14,277 nucleotides of DNA, from positions 1 through 14,277 of the forward strand of contig CAXBQP010000065.1 of assembly GCA_963978095.1 (NCBI GenBank), written 5' to 3'. The DNA comes from an uncultured bacterium (GTDB lineage: Bacteria; Gemmatimonadota; Gemmatimonadetes; Gemmatimonadales; Gemmatimonadaceae). Shown in pieces: positions 1 through 9,041 of the stretch (position 1 is the first letter of the stretch; each line of letters opens with the position of its first letter). The translations under genes were made by a program, and so were the position numbers. Below the pieces are notes generated by a model that saw nothing but the letters and a program-made list of their open reading frames with translations, was not told where the DNA came from and did not search any database.

Positions 1-32
1 GACTGGAGTTCAGACGTGTGCTCTTCCGATCT
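1..32 (+). other. Illumina TruSeq adapter (Read 2 primer) remnant; sequencing/assembly artefact
   Basis: GACTGGAGTTCAGACGTGTGCTCTTCCGATCT matches the TruSeq Read 2 sequencing primer (GTGACTGGAGTTCAGACGTGTGCTCTTCCGATCT) minus its first 2 nt and sits at the very end of the window. Confidence 0.98.
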
Positions 33-34
33 GG

Positions 35-556
35 GGCGCAGCGGCGGTGTTGCTGCTCGGCGATGGATGGCTCCTCGCCCAGCGCGTGCGCGACGCGCGC
101 GACACCGCGCGCCTCCGCACCCAACTCAGCGGCGTGGAGCGCGAGCGGATCGACGCCGCACTGCGCGCGGACAGCAATCGCACGCAGGTGCTGGTGGAGC
201 TGGCGCGCCGGCAGGCGCGGATCGACAATGGATTGCATCTGTCCGTCGCGCTCGACAGCAGCGTCATCCACCTCGAACAGGAAGGCGCGGTGCTGTTGAG
301 CATCGCCGCGGTGCCCGGGCCAGCTGGGTGGATTCACACGAGCCCGCGCGACTCGGTGCCCCTCACCGCACCGCGGGGCGACCGCACCGTGGACGAGGTG
401 CTCGGCGACACGCTCGTCCGGCTGAGCGGAGGCACCGTGATCTACGCGGACGATGGCGCAGGACTCATCCGCACTGGCCAGGTGCGCGTACGCGCGGCCG
501 ACCTCAAACTGCTCAAGCCGAACCTCCGGCCCGGGCAACACGTGTACTTCTACTGA
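35..556 (+). CDS. 5'-partial membrane-anchored protein with a degenerate, catalytically inactive L,D-transpeptidase (YkuD-like) domain
   Basis: The frame is open from the adapter junction to TGA at 554-556. It reads hydrophobic [15 protein letters not shown], then a helical charged segment, then blocks that align by eye with the next gene: [19 protein letters not shown] / [24 protein letters not shown] / [18 protein letters not shown] / [21 protein letters not shown] / LGTVVYIY. The true start is off-contig. Confidence 0.8.
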   Translation, partial: GAAAVLLLGDGWLLAQRVRDARDTARLRTQLSGVERERIDAALRADSNRTQVLVELARRQARIDNGLHLSVALDSSVIHLEQEGAVLLSIAAVPGPAGWIHTSPRDSVPLTAPRGDRTVDEVLGDTLVRLSGGTVIYADDGAGLIRTGQVRVRAADLKLLKPNLRPGQHVYFY

Positions 557-1425
557 TGGCGAGCGGCAACGGCTTCTTCAAGACCGGTGGCGCGGCAGCC
601 TGGGCCACGGCGCTCGTCCTCCCGGCGCTCCTTGGGCTCGGCGCCTTCCTCGCCTGGGACGGCGCCCGCGTGCATTTCCGCCTCGAGGTCACGCGCGCCG
701 CCTATCAGGACAACCTGACGTTGCTCGAGAACATCCGACGCGACGTCGGGGTGAGTCGTGACACGCTCGAGCGCGTGAAAGCGCTCGAGAATGATTCCAC
801 CCAGCACGATCGCCCGTTCATCGTGATCTCGGTGGCCGAGCATCGCCTGTGGTTCAAGAAGGGCACCGAGGTCCTCTTCACCACGCGCGTCGCCACCGGT
901 ACGGGAAAGAACCTCGAAACCGGCAAGGGGGGACAGCGCTGGAAGTTCGAGACGCCGCGCGGACGTCTTGTGGTGGAGCGCAAGGACGTCGAGCCCGCCT
1001 GGGTCCCTCCGGACTGGCACTTCGTCGAGGTCGCCCGCAAGAAAGGGCTGCGGATCGCCCATCTCGAACCGGGGAAGACCATCGCCGCCGGCAACGGCGC
1101 GGTGCTCGCGGTCACCAAATCGGGCGTGAACGTCGTCACCCGCTACCCGGACGGGCGCGAAGTCCCGGTCGAGGTGCGCGAAGGCCAGGAGATCGTCGTC
1201 GGGCGTACCCTCGTGATCCCTCCCTACGAAGCCAACCAGCGCAAGTACTACGGGACCCTTGGCAGCAATCGCCTCTACCTCGGCGACGGCTACGGCATCC
1301 ACGGCACCGACGTGCCGAGTTCGATCGGCCGCGATGCCTCGCACGGCTGTATCCGGGTGCGGAACGAGGACGCCGAACTGCTGTATCGCATGGTGCCGCT
1401 CGGCACTGTCGTGTACATCTACTGA
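556..1425 (+). CDS. L,D-transpeptidase (YkuD/ErfK family), N-terminal membrane anchor, 289 aa
   Basis: ATG at 556 overlaps the upstream TGA (TGATG). N-terminal hydrophobic helix [18 protein letters not shown]. Motifs VATG, ETPRG, PAWVPP, the catalytic [17 protein letters not shown] (His codon at 1300, Cys codon at 1348) and terminal VYIY. Confidence 0.93.
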   Translation: MASGNGFFKTGGAAAWATALVLPALLGLGAFLAWDGARVHFRLEVTRAAYQDNLTLLENIRRDVGVSRDTLERVKALENDSTQHDRPFIVISVAEHRLWFKKGTEVLFTTRVATGTGKNLETGKGGQRWKFETPRGRLVVERKDVEPAWVPPDWHFVEVARKKGLRIAHLEPGKTIAAGNGAVLAVTKSGVNVVTRYPDGREVPVEVREGQEIVVGRTLVIPPYEANQRKYYGTLGSNRLYLGDGYGIHGTDVPSSIGRDASHGCIRVRNEDAELLYRMVPLGTVVYIY

Positions 1426-1428
1426 CGC

Positions 1429-2421
1429 GTGAAGCGCCGGTCGGACTCTCCGAACTCACTGCTCAAGCTCGCGCTTCTGGGGGTTGGGGCGATGGTGGTC
1501 GGGCTGGTCGCCCTGCTGGCGCCCGCGAATCTGTTCTTCGGTAGTGTGCCGGAGCCCGAGGGTGCGACCGCCCACACGCTTCGCGCAACCTCCGACGCGT
1601 TCGGGAACAGTGGGGAGGTGCGCCTCCAGCTCCGCATGCCCCGTGAGCGGTGGGAGTTTCCCCTGGAAGCCAGCGCCCTCGACTCGATCAAGTCGCTCGA
1701 CTGGGTGCGCGCCGAGGACGCGCGCCACTCCATTCCCGCGGAGGTCTCGGTAAGCACCACCGTGACGGCGCCGTCGCGCCCCGGGTTCTACCGGCTCGCC
1801 GTGACGCGCAAGGACGGCTCGCGATTCGTGGACTCGGTCGTGGTCGGCGTCTTGGTGCCGTTCAGCGCCAAGAAGCGGAGCGCGCTCAACGGCTATCAGA
1901 TCGGGACCTACACTTGGGAGCACGCCGCCGGTGACGCCACGCCGCCCCCGGTGGGGTTCATCGAGGTACGTCCGGAGGTCGAGAACCTCCCGATCAGCGC
2001 GCACTTCCGGATCTCCGATTTCCTCACCCGCGACGGGCAGACCACGTGGCCCCGCTACGTGGCACTCGACACCCGGATCCTCGACAAAGTCGAGCTCGTG
2101 TTGCGCTACCTCGGCTCGCGCGAGCATGACATGCCTGTGTCGCTCCACTCGGGGTTCCGCACGCCGTATCACAACCGGCGTGTCCCCCGGGCGGCAAGCG
2201 ACAGCCGCCACCAGTACGGCGACGCGGCCGACCTCGCCATCGACGTGGACGAAGACGGGCGGATCACCTATCTCGACGTCCTCGCCGTCTCCCGCGCCGT
2301 CGAGATGGTGGAGCGCGACTACCCCGCGCTGGTGGGGGGATTGGGGCTCTACGGTAACTTGGGGACGGCTGCTTACGTACACATAGATGTACGCGGGACC
2401 CGCAAGCGCTGGCGCGGGTGA
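1429..2421 (+). CDS. Peptidase M15 family Zn metallopeptidase (M15A/YcbK-like; D-Ala-D-Ala carboxypeptidase or peptidoglycan endopeptidase), membrane-anchored or secreted
   Basis: GTG 3 nt after the LDT stop. N-terminal basic residues plus a hydrophobic helix. Motifs ISAHFRISDF, SGFRTPYHN, SRHQYGDAAD (H-x6-D) and YVHIDVRG (HxD) are typical of M15 peptidases. Confidence 0.88.
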   Translation: MKRRSDSPNSLLKLALLGVGAMVVGLVALLAPANLFFGSVPEPEGATAHTLRATSDAFGNSGEVRLQLRMPRERWEFPLEASALDSIKSLDWVRAEDARHSIPAEVSVSTTVTAPSRPGFYRLAVTRKDGSRFVDSVVVGVLVPFSAKKRSALNGYQIGTYTWEHAAGDATPPPVGFIEVRPEVENLPISAHFRISDFLTRDGQTTWPRYVALDTRILDKVELVLRYLGSREHDMPVSLHSGFRTPYHNRRVPRAASDSRHQYGDAADLAIDVDEDGRITYLDVLAVSRAVEMVERDYPALVGGLGLYGNLGTAAYVHIDVRGTRKRWRG

Positions 2422-4479
<2,058 letters not shown>

Positions 4480-4498
4480 GCGCCGCCGGGCGTTGACT

Positions 4499-4536
4499 AG
4501 CCACCGGTCCGCGCCCGACCGCGCGGAGTCGTGGCT
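4499..4536 (+). other. GC-rich stem-loop downstream of guaB (possible terminator or 3' stabiliser; no U-tract)
   Basis: AGCCAC (4499-4504) pairs with GTGGCT (4531-4536), and TCCGCGC (4508-4514) pairs with GCGCGGA (4521-4527) around a 6-nt loop. Confidence 0.45.
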
Positions 4537-4542
4537 CCGTGC

Positions 4543-4571
4543 TTGACTCCGTCCGGACCGTTGAACAAGTT
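4543..4571 (+). promoter_or_regulatory. Putative sigma70-type promoter for the permease
   Basis: TTGACT (4543-4548), a 17-nt spacer, then CAAGTT (4566-4571). The -35 match is good and the -10 match is weak. Confidence 0.4.
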
Positions 4572-4676
4572 TGCCGACTATGACGTCCGGCCACCCTTTC
4601 CGAGCCGTACGTCCGGACAGCGGTGTACTAGGTGCCATCGCGGTTTCCACCGAAGCACACTCCAAGGGGGTTTTGC

Positions 4677-6152
4677 GTGGCTAATGTCTTCACCCGAACG
4701 AAGTCGATCGATCGCCTGATGGCCGATTCCGGGGCCGGCGGTGAGAGCGGCCTCAAGCGCACACTTGGTGCGTGGTCGCTCATCGGCCTCGGCATCGGCG
4801 CCATCATCGGCGCAGGGCTCTTCGTCCGAACCGCGGCGGCGATCGCCGAGCGTGCGGGACCGTCGGTAACGCTCGCGTTCATCGTGGCGGGCATCGGCTG
4901 TGCCTTCGCAGGACTCTGCTACGCCGAGTTCGCCTCGATGATCCCGATCGCCGGCTCGGCCTACACGTACAGCTACACGACGATGGGTGAGCTCATCGCG
5001 TGGATCATCGGCTGGGACTTGGTGCTCGAATACGCCGTCGGCGCGGCCACCGTCGCGATCGCCTGGAGTCAGTACCTCAACAACCTGCTCGGAATCCTCG
5101 GGATCAGTACCGTCCCCTACCAGTGGAGCCACTCGGCGTTCGAGGTGTCCACGAGCGGCGTGCACGGCATCATGAACATCCCGGCCGTCGTCATCCTCGG
5201 CCTGCTCTCGCTGGTGCTGGTACGCGGCACGCAGGAATCCGCGCTGCTCAACGGCATCATCGTCATCACCAAGGTCTGCATCGTGATGATGGTGATCGCG
5301 ATCGGCTGGGGCTTCATGGTCCCGGCGAACCACGTGCCGTACATCCCCGAGGCCAGCACCTTCACGACCGCCCAGGGCGTGACGCACGCCTACGGCGGCA
5401 TCATGGGCGTGCTCGGTGCCGCGGGTGTGGTGTTCTTCGCGTACATCGGATTCGACGCCGTCTCGACGGCCGCGCAGGAGGCCAAGAACCCCTCGCGCGA
5501 CATGCCGATCGGCATCCTCGGCTCGCTCGTCATCTGCACCATCCTGTACGTCCTCTTCGCCCACGTGCTCTCGGGCGTTGCCTCCGTGGACTTCTTCCGC
5601 GGCGCGGGTGGTGAGGCGTCGGTGGCCAAGGCGATCGAGACCTACTTCATCGGCTACGGCTGGCTCGCCAAGTTCGTCACGGTCGCCATCCTCGCCGGCT
5701 TCAGCTCGGTCATTCTCGTGATGCTCCTCGGGCAGAGCCGCGTGTTCTACTCCATGAGCCGCGACGGGCTCGTCCCGAAGATCTTCTCGGAGACACACCC
5801 GAAGTACCGCACCCCGTGGAAGTCGAACCTGCTCTTCTTCGTCTTCACCTCGCTCTTCGCCGGATTCCTTCCGGACAGCATCGTGGGCGAGATGACGTCC
5901 ATCGGCACGCTCTTCGCCTTCATCCTGGTGTGCATCGGCATCCTGATCCTGCGCAAGAAGCGTCCGGAACTCGAGCGCGCCTTCCGCGTGCCGGCGGTCT
6001 CGATCGTCGCCCCGCTCGGCGTCATCACCTGCGGCGCCATGATCTACGGGCTGGGCTGGACGAACTGGCTCCGACTCGGCGTGTGGCTCGGCATCGGCAT
6101 GATCGTGTACTTCGGCTACAGCCAGAAGCACAGCCTGCTCAACAAGGGCTGA
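4677..6152 (+). CDS. Amino acid permease, APC superfamily (cationic amino acid transporter-like, YfnA type)
   Basis: GTG 4677 follows AAGGGGG. Motifs LKRTLG, GIGAIIGAGLF, LCYAEFASMIPIAGSAYTYSY, FFAYIGFDAVSTAAQEAKNP and SRVFYSMSRDGL, with many hydrophobic helices. Confidence 0.95.
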   Translation: MANVFTRTKSIDRLMADSGAGGESGLKRTLGAWSLIGLGIGAIIGAGLFVRTAAAIAERAGPSVTLAFIVAGIGCAFAGLCYAEFASMIPIAGSAYTYSYTTMGELIAWIIGWDLVLEYAVGAATVAIAWSQYLNNLLGILGISTVPYQWSHSAFEVSTSGVHGIMNIPAVVILGLLSLVLVRGTQESALLNGIIVITKVCIVMMVIAIGWGFMVPANHVPYIPEASTFTTAQGVTHAYGGIMGVLGAAGVVFFAYIGFDAVSTAAQEAKNPSRDMPIGILGSLVICTILYVLFAHVLSGVASVDFFRGAGGEASVAKAIETYFIGYGWLAKFVTVAILAGFSSVILVMLLGQSRVFYSMSRDGLVPKIFSETHPKYRTPWKSNLLFFVFTSLFAGFLPDSIVGEMTSIGTLFAFILVCIGILILRKKRPELERAFRVPAVSIVAPLGVITCGAMIYGLGWTNWLRLGVWLGIGMIVYFGYSQKHSLLNKG

Positions 6153-6175
6153 GGTCAGGCCTTTCGTTTAGATTT

Positions 6176-6211
6176 GAACGGCGTCCGGGTTTCCGGGCGC
6201 CGTTCTCTTTT
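6176..6211 (+). terminator. Rho-independent terminator after the permease
   Basis: 13-bp stem GAACGGCGTCCGG (6176-6188) / CCGGGCGCCGTTC (6193-6205) with one G-U pair, loop GTTT, followed by TCTTTT. Confidence 0.8.
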
Positions 6212-6224
6212 GCCCATCCCTCGT

Positions 6225-7268
6225 GTGATCCAGGACGCCATCCGCACTGACCCGATCGCTGTTCCCGAGCACCGCCGTGCCGCCATTCTGGCCTTGATGG
6301 CCGCGTTGGGCGACGCCAAGCGGGTGGCGCTCAGCACGCATATGAACGCGGATGGCGACGGGTGCGGCTCGGAGGCCGCGCTGGCGATGCTGCTCGCCCA
6401 GCGCGGCGTCCAGGTGCACATCGTGAACCCCACGCCATGGCCCGTCATGTTCCAGTGGCTGCTCACAGAGGGCGTCACGGATCGCACGCACGACGGGACC
6501 AAGGCGCTCACGGGGATTGACCGGCTGATCGTCCTGGATATCAGCGATGTAAAACGCCTCGGGGCGCTCACCGAGACGGTGCGGTCGCTCACGCCGGCAC
6601 CGTTGACCATCGACCACCATCTTCCGAGTGACGAGCCCCCCGGGACGGTGTTCGTGACCGACACCACGGCGTGCGCAACGGGCGAGTTGATCTGGGACGT
6701 CGCGACCGTTCTGGATCTCACGATCACACCGGCCATCGCGACCGCGCTGTACACCGCGCTGCTGACGGACACCGGAGGGTTTCGGTTCTCCAACACGTCG
6801 CCACGTTGCCTCGCGATCGCGTCACGCCTCTTGGCCGCTGGAGTGAATCCGGAGGAGATGTATCGCCGGATCTACGCTTCCGTGCCGAAGGGGCGCTTGG
6901 GGCTCTTGCGGGACGCCCTCGGAACGCTGGGAACCGACGAGTCGCTGGGGCTGGCCTGGGTGTCGGTCGCCGCCGGTGCGCTGGAAGCCTACAACGTCAC
7001 GGGAGAGGACCTCGACGGCATCGCCGAGTATCCGCGCTCCATCAACGGGGTGCGTCTGGCGCTCCTGTTCCGCGATCTCGGCCACGGGAAGGTGAAGATC
7101 TCATTCCGCTCCGTCGGGATGGTCGATGCCAACGCCCTCGCGCGGCAGTTCGGCGGCGGCGGACATGCCAAGGCATCCGGCGCGATGGTGGCGGGTACGC
7201 TGGCCGAGGTGCAGGATCGGGTGATCGCCGCAGCGCGTGAGGCGTTGGCGGGGCGGGAACGCGGATAG
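6225..7268 (+). CDS. nrnA: DHH/DHHA1 family phosphoesterase (bifunctional oligoribonuclease/PAP phosphatase, NrnA-like)
   Basis: Motifs THMNADGDGCGS, IVLD, TIDHH, ACATGEL, ALLTDTGGFRFSNT, KISFRS and FGGGGHAKASG. GTG 6225 was chosen because the longer ORF start (6174) runs through the terminator. Confidence 0.9.
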   Translation: MIQDAIRTDPIAVPEHRRAAILALMAALGDAKRVALSTHMNADGDGCGSEAALAMLLAQRGVQVHIVNPTPWPVMFQWLLTEGVTDRTHDGTKALTGIDRLIVLDISDVKRLGALTETVRSLTPAPLTIDHHLPSDEPPGTVFVTDTTACATGELIWDVATVLDLTITPAIATALYTALLTDTGGFRFSNTSPRCLAIASRLLAAGVNPEEMYRRIYASVPKGRLGLLRDALGTLGTDESLGLAWVSVAAGALEAYNVTGEDLDGIAEYPRSINGVRLALLFRDLGHGKVKISFRSVGMVDANALARQFGGGGHAKASGAMVAGTLAEVQDRVIAAAREALAGRERG

Positions 7269-7295
7269 GCCATCCTGCGTCGCTCCCGCGTCCTA

Positions 7296-7330
7296 TTGTA
7301 TTCTGGCTCGCGGATTCGTAGCATCCGAAT
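7296..7330 (+). promoter_or_regulatory. Putative sigma70 promoter for the pilin cassette, placing the TSS at or next to the ATG (leaderless)
   Basis: TTGTAT (7296-7301), 17 nt, TAGCAT (7319-7324), 6 nt, then ATG 7331. No SD is present. Confidence 0.5.
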
Positions 7331-7837
7331 ATGCCGTCGCAGCGCATTTCCCAGCCATCCGCCTCGCGCGCCGATGCCATCCGCCCGCGAGGGCGTGCGC
7401 GTCGGCTATTGGGGTACACGGCCATCGAAGTGGTCTTGGTGCTCACCACTGTGGGTATCGTGGCGGCGACCTCGTTTCCCAAGCTCCGGCTGACCGTCAA
7501 TCAGACGAAAGCGCGTCGCGGGGCGACGGTGATTGGCGCGATGATCGAGTATGCCTTCGCGGCCTCGCAGCGCACCGACCAGCCGGTAACGATCACCTAC
7601 AACTCCTCCAACGGGGTGATGAGCGTCGCCGATCGTACCAGCGGCACGGTGATGCGCCGTCTGGCGTTGAAGGGCGGGTCGGAATGGGCCTATCAAACCG
7701 TCACCGTCTCGCCGAGTGCGGGGGTGACGGTGTTTCCCATGGGGCTCGCCTCCGCGGCGCTGACGGTGACCGTCGGCAGCGGGGGCTTCACCAAGACCGT
7801 GTCGGCGTCACGCGCCGGCGTGGTCCGCGTACAATGA
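7331..7837 (+). CDS. FimT/FimU/GspH-like minor pilin (prepilin N-terminal cleavage/methylation domain)
   Basis: Basic leader ending RARRLLG|YTAIEVVLVLTTVGIVAA (G-1, E+5). AFAASQRTDQPVTI, VTVFPMG and the terminal VSASRAGVVRV are typical of the GspH/FimT fold. Confidence 0.85.
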   Translation: MPSQRISQPSASRADAIRPRGRARRLLGYTAIEVVLVLTTVGIVAATSFPKLRLTVNQTKARRGATVIGAMIEYAFAASQRTDQPVTITYNSSNGVMSVADRTSGTVMRRLALKGGSEWAYQTVTVSPSAGVTVFPMGLASAALTVTVGSGGFTKTVSASRAGVVRVQ

Positions 7838-8220
7838 CCGTGCGCGCGCGTCGTGGCCTGACCTTGCCCGAAGTGATCATGGCGGTCGTCTTGCTCGCCT
7901 TGCTGGCCTCGTCGCACAGCTTGTTGACGCTCAAGTTCACGCAACGTCAGAAGGCCGTGACCCTTGGTGTCTACCGCTCGGCGGCCCTGGAGTCGGTGGT
8001 CAATCGCTGGGTCTCCATGCCCTTCGATTCGCTGTCGACGAAGGCCGGATGCACCACGGTGAATGACACGCCCATGGCGTACACCAAGTGCATCACCGTC
8101 ACCACGATCAGCAACGCACGCAAGACGGTCAGGATCATTCTCACGCCGAGCACGTTGCTCAAGCCGGATACCGTGTCGTTCGATCGTGCCAAGATGTCCA
8201 CCACCAATCCGTTGGGGTGA
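7834..8220 (+). CDS. PilV/GspI-like minor pilin, 128 aa
   Basis: ATGA overlap with the previous stop. MTVRARRG|LTLPEVIMAVVLLALLA is a class III signal. Contains SMPFDSL and two Cys (possible disulfide). Confidence 0.85.
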   Translation: MTVRARRGLTLPEVIMAVVLLALLASSHSLLTLKFTQRQKAVTLGVYRSAALESVVNRWVSMPFDSLSTKAGCTTVNDTPMAYTKCITVTTISNARKTVRIILTPSTLLKPDTVSFDRAKMSTTNPLG

Positions 8221-9041
8221 GCGTGAGGCGCCGTCACGGGTTCTCGTTGATCGAACTGCTCATCTCGCTCACAATCGTGACCATCCTCGGCGCATCGCTG
8301 ACGCGGCTCATGACCAGCCAGATGCGCTTCTTCTCGATGATGGGGAGCAAGCGGGATGCGCGTGCGATCACGCGGGGCTCGCTCCTGATTCTGCAGAACG
8401 AACTGCGCATGCTCGAGACGAGCGGTGTCGACTCGGCCACGAATCTCAAGCTCGTGCTGAAGGTGCCGTACGTGTTCGGGGTCGTGTGTTCGACCTCGAC
8501 GGTGAGTTTGCTACCGGTGGACTCGCTGATCTATTCGTCCGCCGTCCCCGGTGGCTACGCCTGGCGCGACACCGCGACGAGCGGCGGGTACACCTATGTG
8601 ACGCAGAATGCGGCCCCGGGCAGCGGCACCGCGTCGACGTGCACCGGGCAATCGATCACGACGCTCACCGGCGGTCGCGTGATCACGGTGTCGCCGACGA
8701 TGTCGAGCAGTGCGGCGGTGGGGGCGCCCGTGTTCCTGTGGCAGAAGGTGACGTACGAGTTCAAGGCCTCCACGGCCGTGAGCGGCGCGACCGCGCTGTG
8801 GCGGACGGTGAATGGCGGCTCCGCGGACGAGATCGCCGTGCCGTTCGACACGTCCGCCAAGTTCCGGTTTTACGTCTTGGATCGCGATACCTCGCAAGTC
8901 GGCGTCCCATCGTCCCTCAGTCAGATTCGCGGGATCGATCTGCAGCTGGACGCGAAAGCCGAAAAACGGGTCGCCGGTCGTGCCGCCACGGAAACCGCGA
9001 AGGTGCGCGCCAGCGTCTTCTTCCGGAATCGGGCGCTGTGA
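8217..9041 (+). CDS. PilW/GspJ-like minor pilin, 274 aa
   Basis: GTGA overlap with the previous stop. SVRRRHG|FSLIELLISLTIVTILG, LQNELRM, a C-terminal IRGIDLQL...VFFRN segment and two Cys. Confidence 0.87.
   Translation: MSVRRRHGFSLIELLISLTIVTILGASLTRLMTSQMRFFSMMGSKRDARAITRGSLLILQNELRMLETSGVDSATNLKLVLKVPYVFGVVCSTSTVSLLPVDSLIYSSAVPGGYAWRDTATSGGYTYVTQNAAPGSGTASTCTGQSITTLTGGRVITVSPTMSSSAAVGAPVFLWQKVTYEFKASTAVSGATALWRTVNGGSADEIAVPFDTSAKFRFYVLDRDTSQVGVPSSLSQIRGIDLQLDAKAEKRVAGRAATETAKVRASVFFRNRAL

Noticed and set aside
16..555. 180-aa N-terminal extension of the LDT in ORF 16..1425
   Set aside because: It starts inside the adapter and is an Arg-rich off-frame reading of the real upstream gene. 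ATG 556 with its TGATG overlap and membrane anchor is the credible start.
4580..4684. 34-codon uORF (MTSGHPFRAV...) overlapping the permease start, as a possible leader peptide
   Set aside because: It has no SD, no run of a regulatory amino acid and no downstream attenuator, so it cannot be told apart from chance.
4578..6131. Long antisense ORFs (4578..6131, 550..1344, 1456..2382, 2941..3780, 10480..11358, 11497..12648)
   Set aside because: These are mirror frames of well-supported genes, expected in high-GC3 DNA, and carry no recognisable motifs.
7237..9037. Long N-terminal extensions of the pilin ORFs (starts at 7237, 8063, 8088) and ORF 8812..10230
   Set aside because: Class III signal peptides and 4-nt stop/start overlaps define the starts at 7834, 8217 and 9038. 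The extensions are off-frame overlaps with neighbouring genes.
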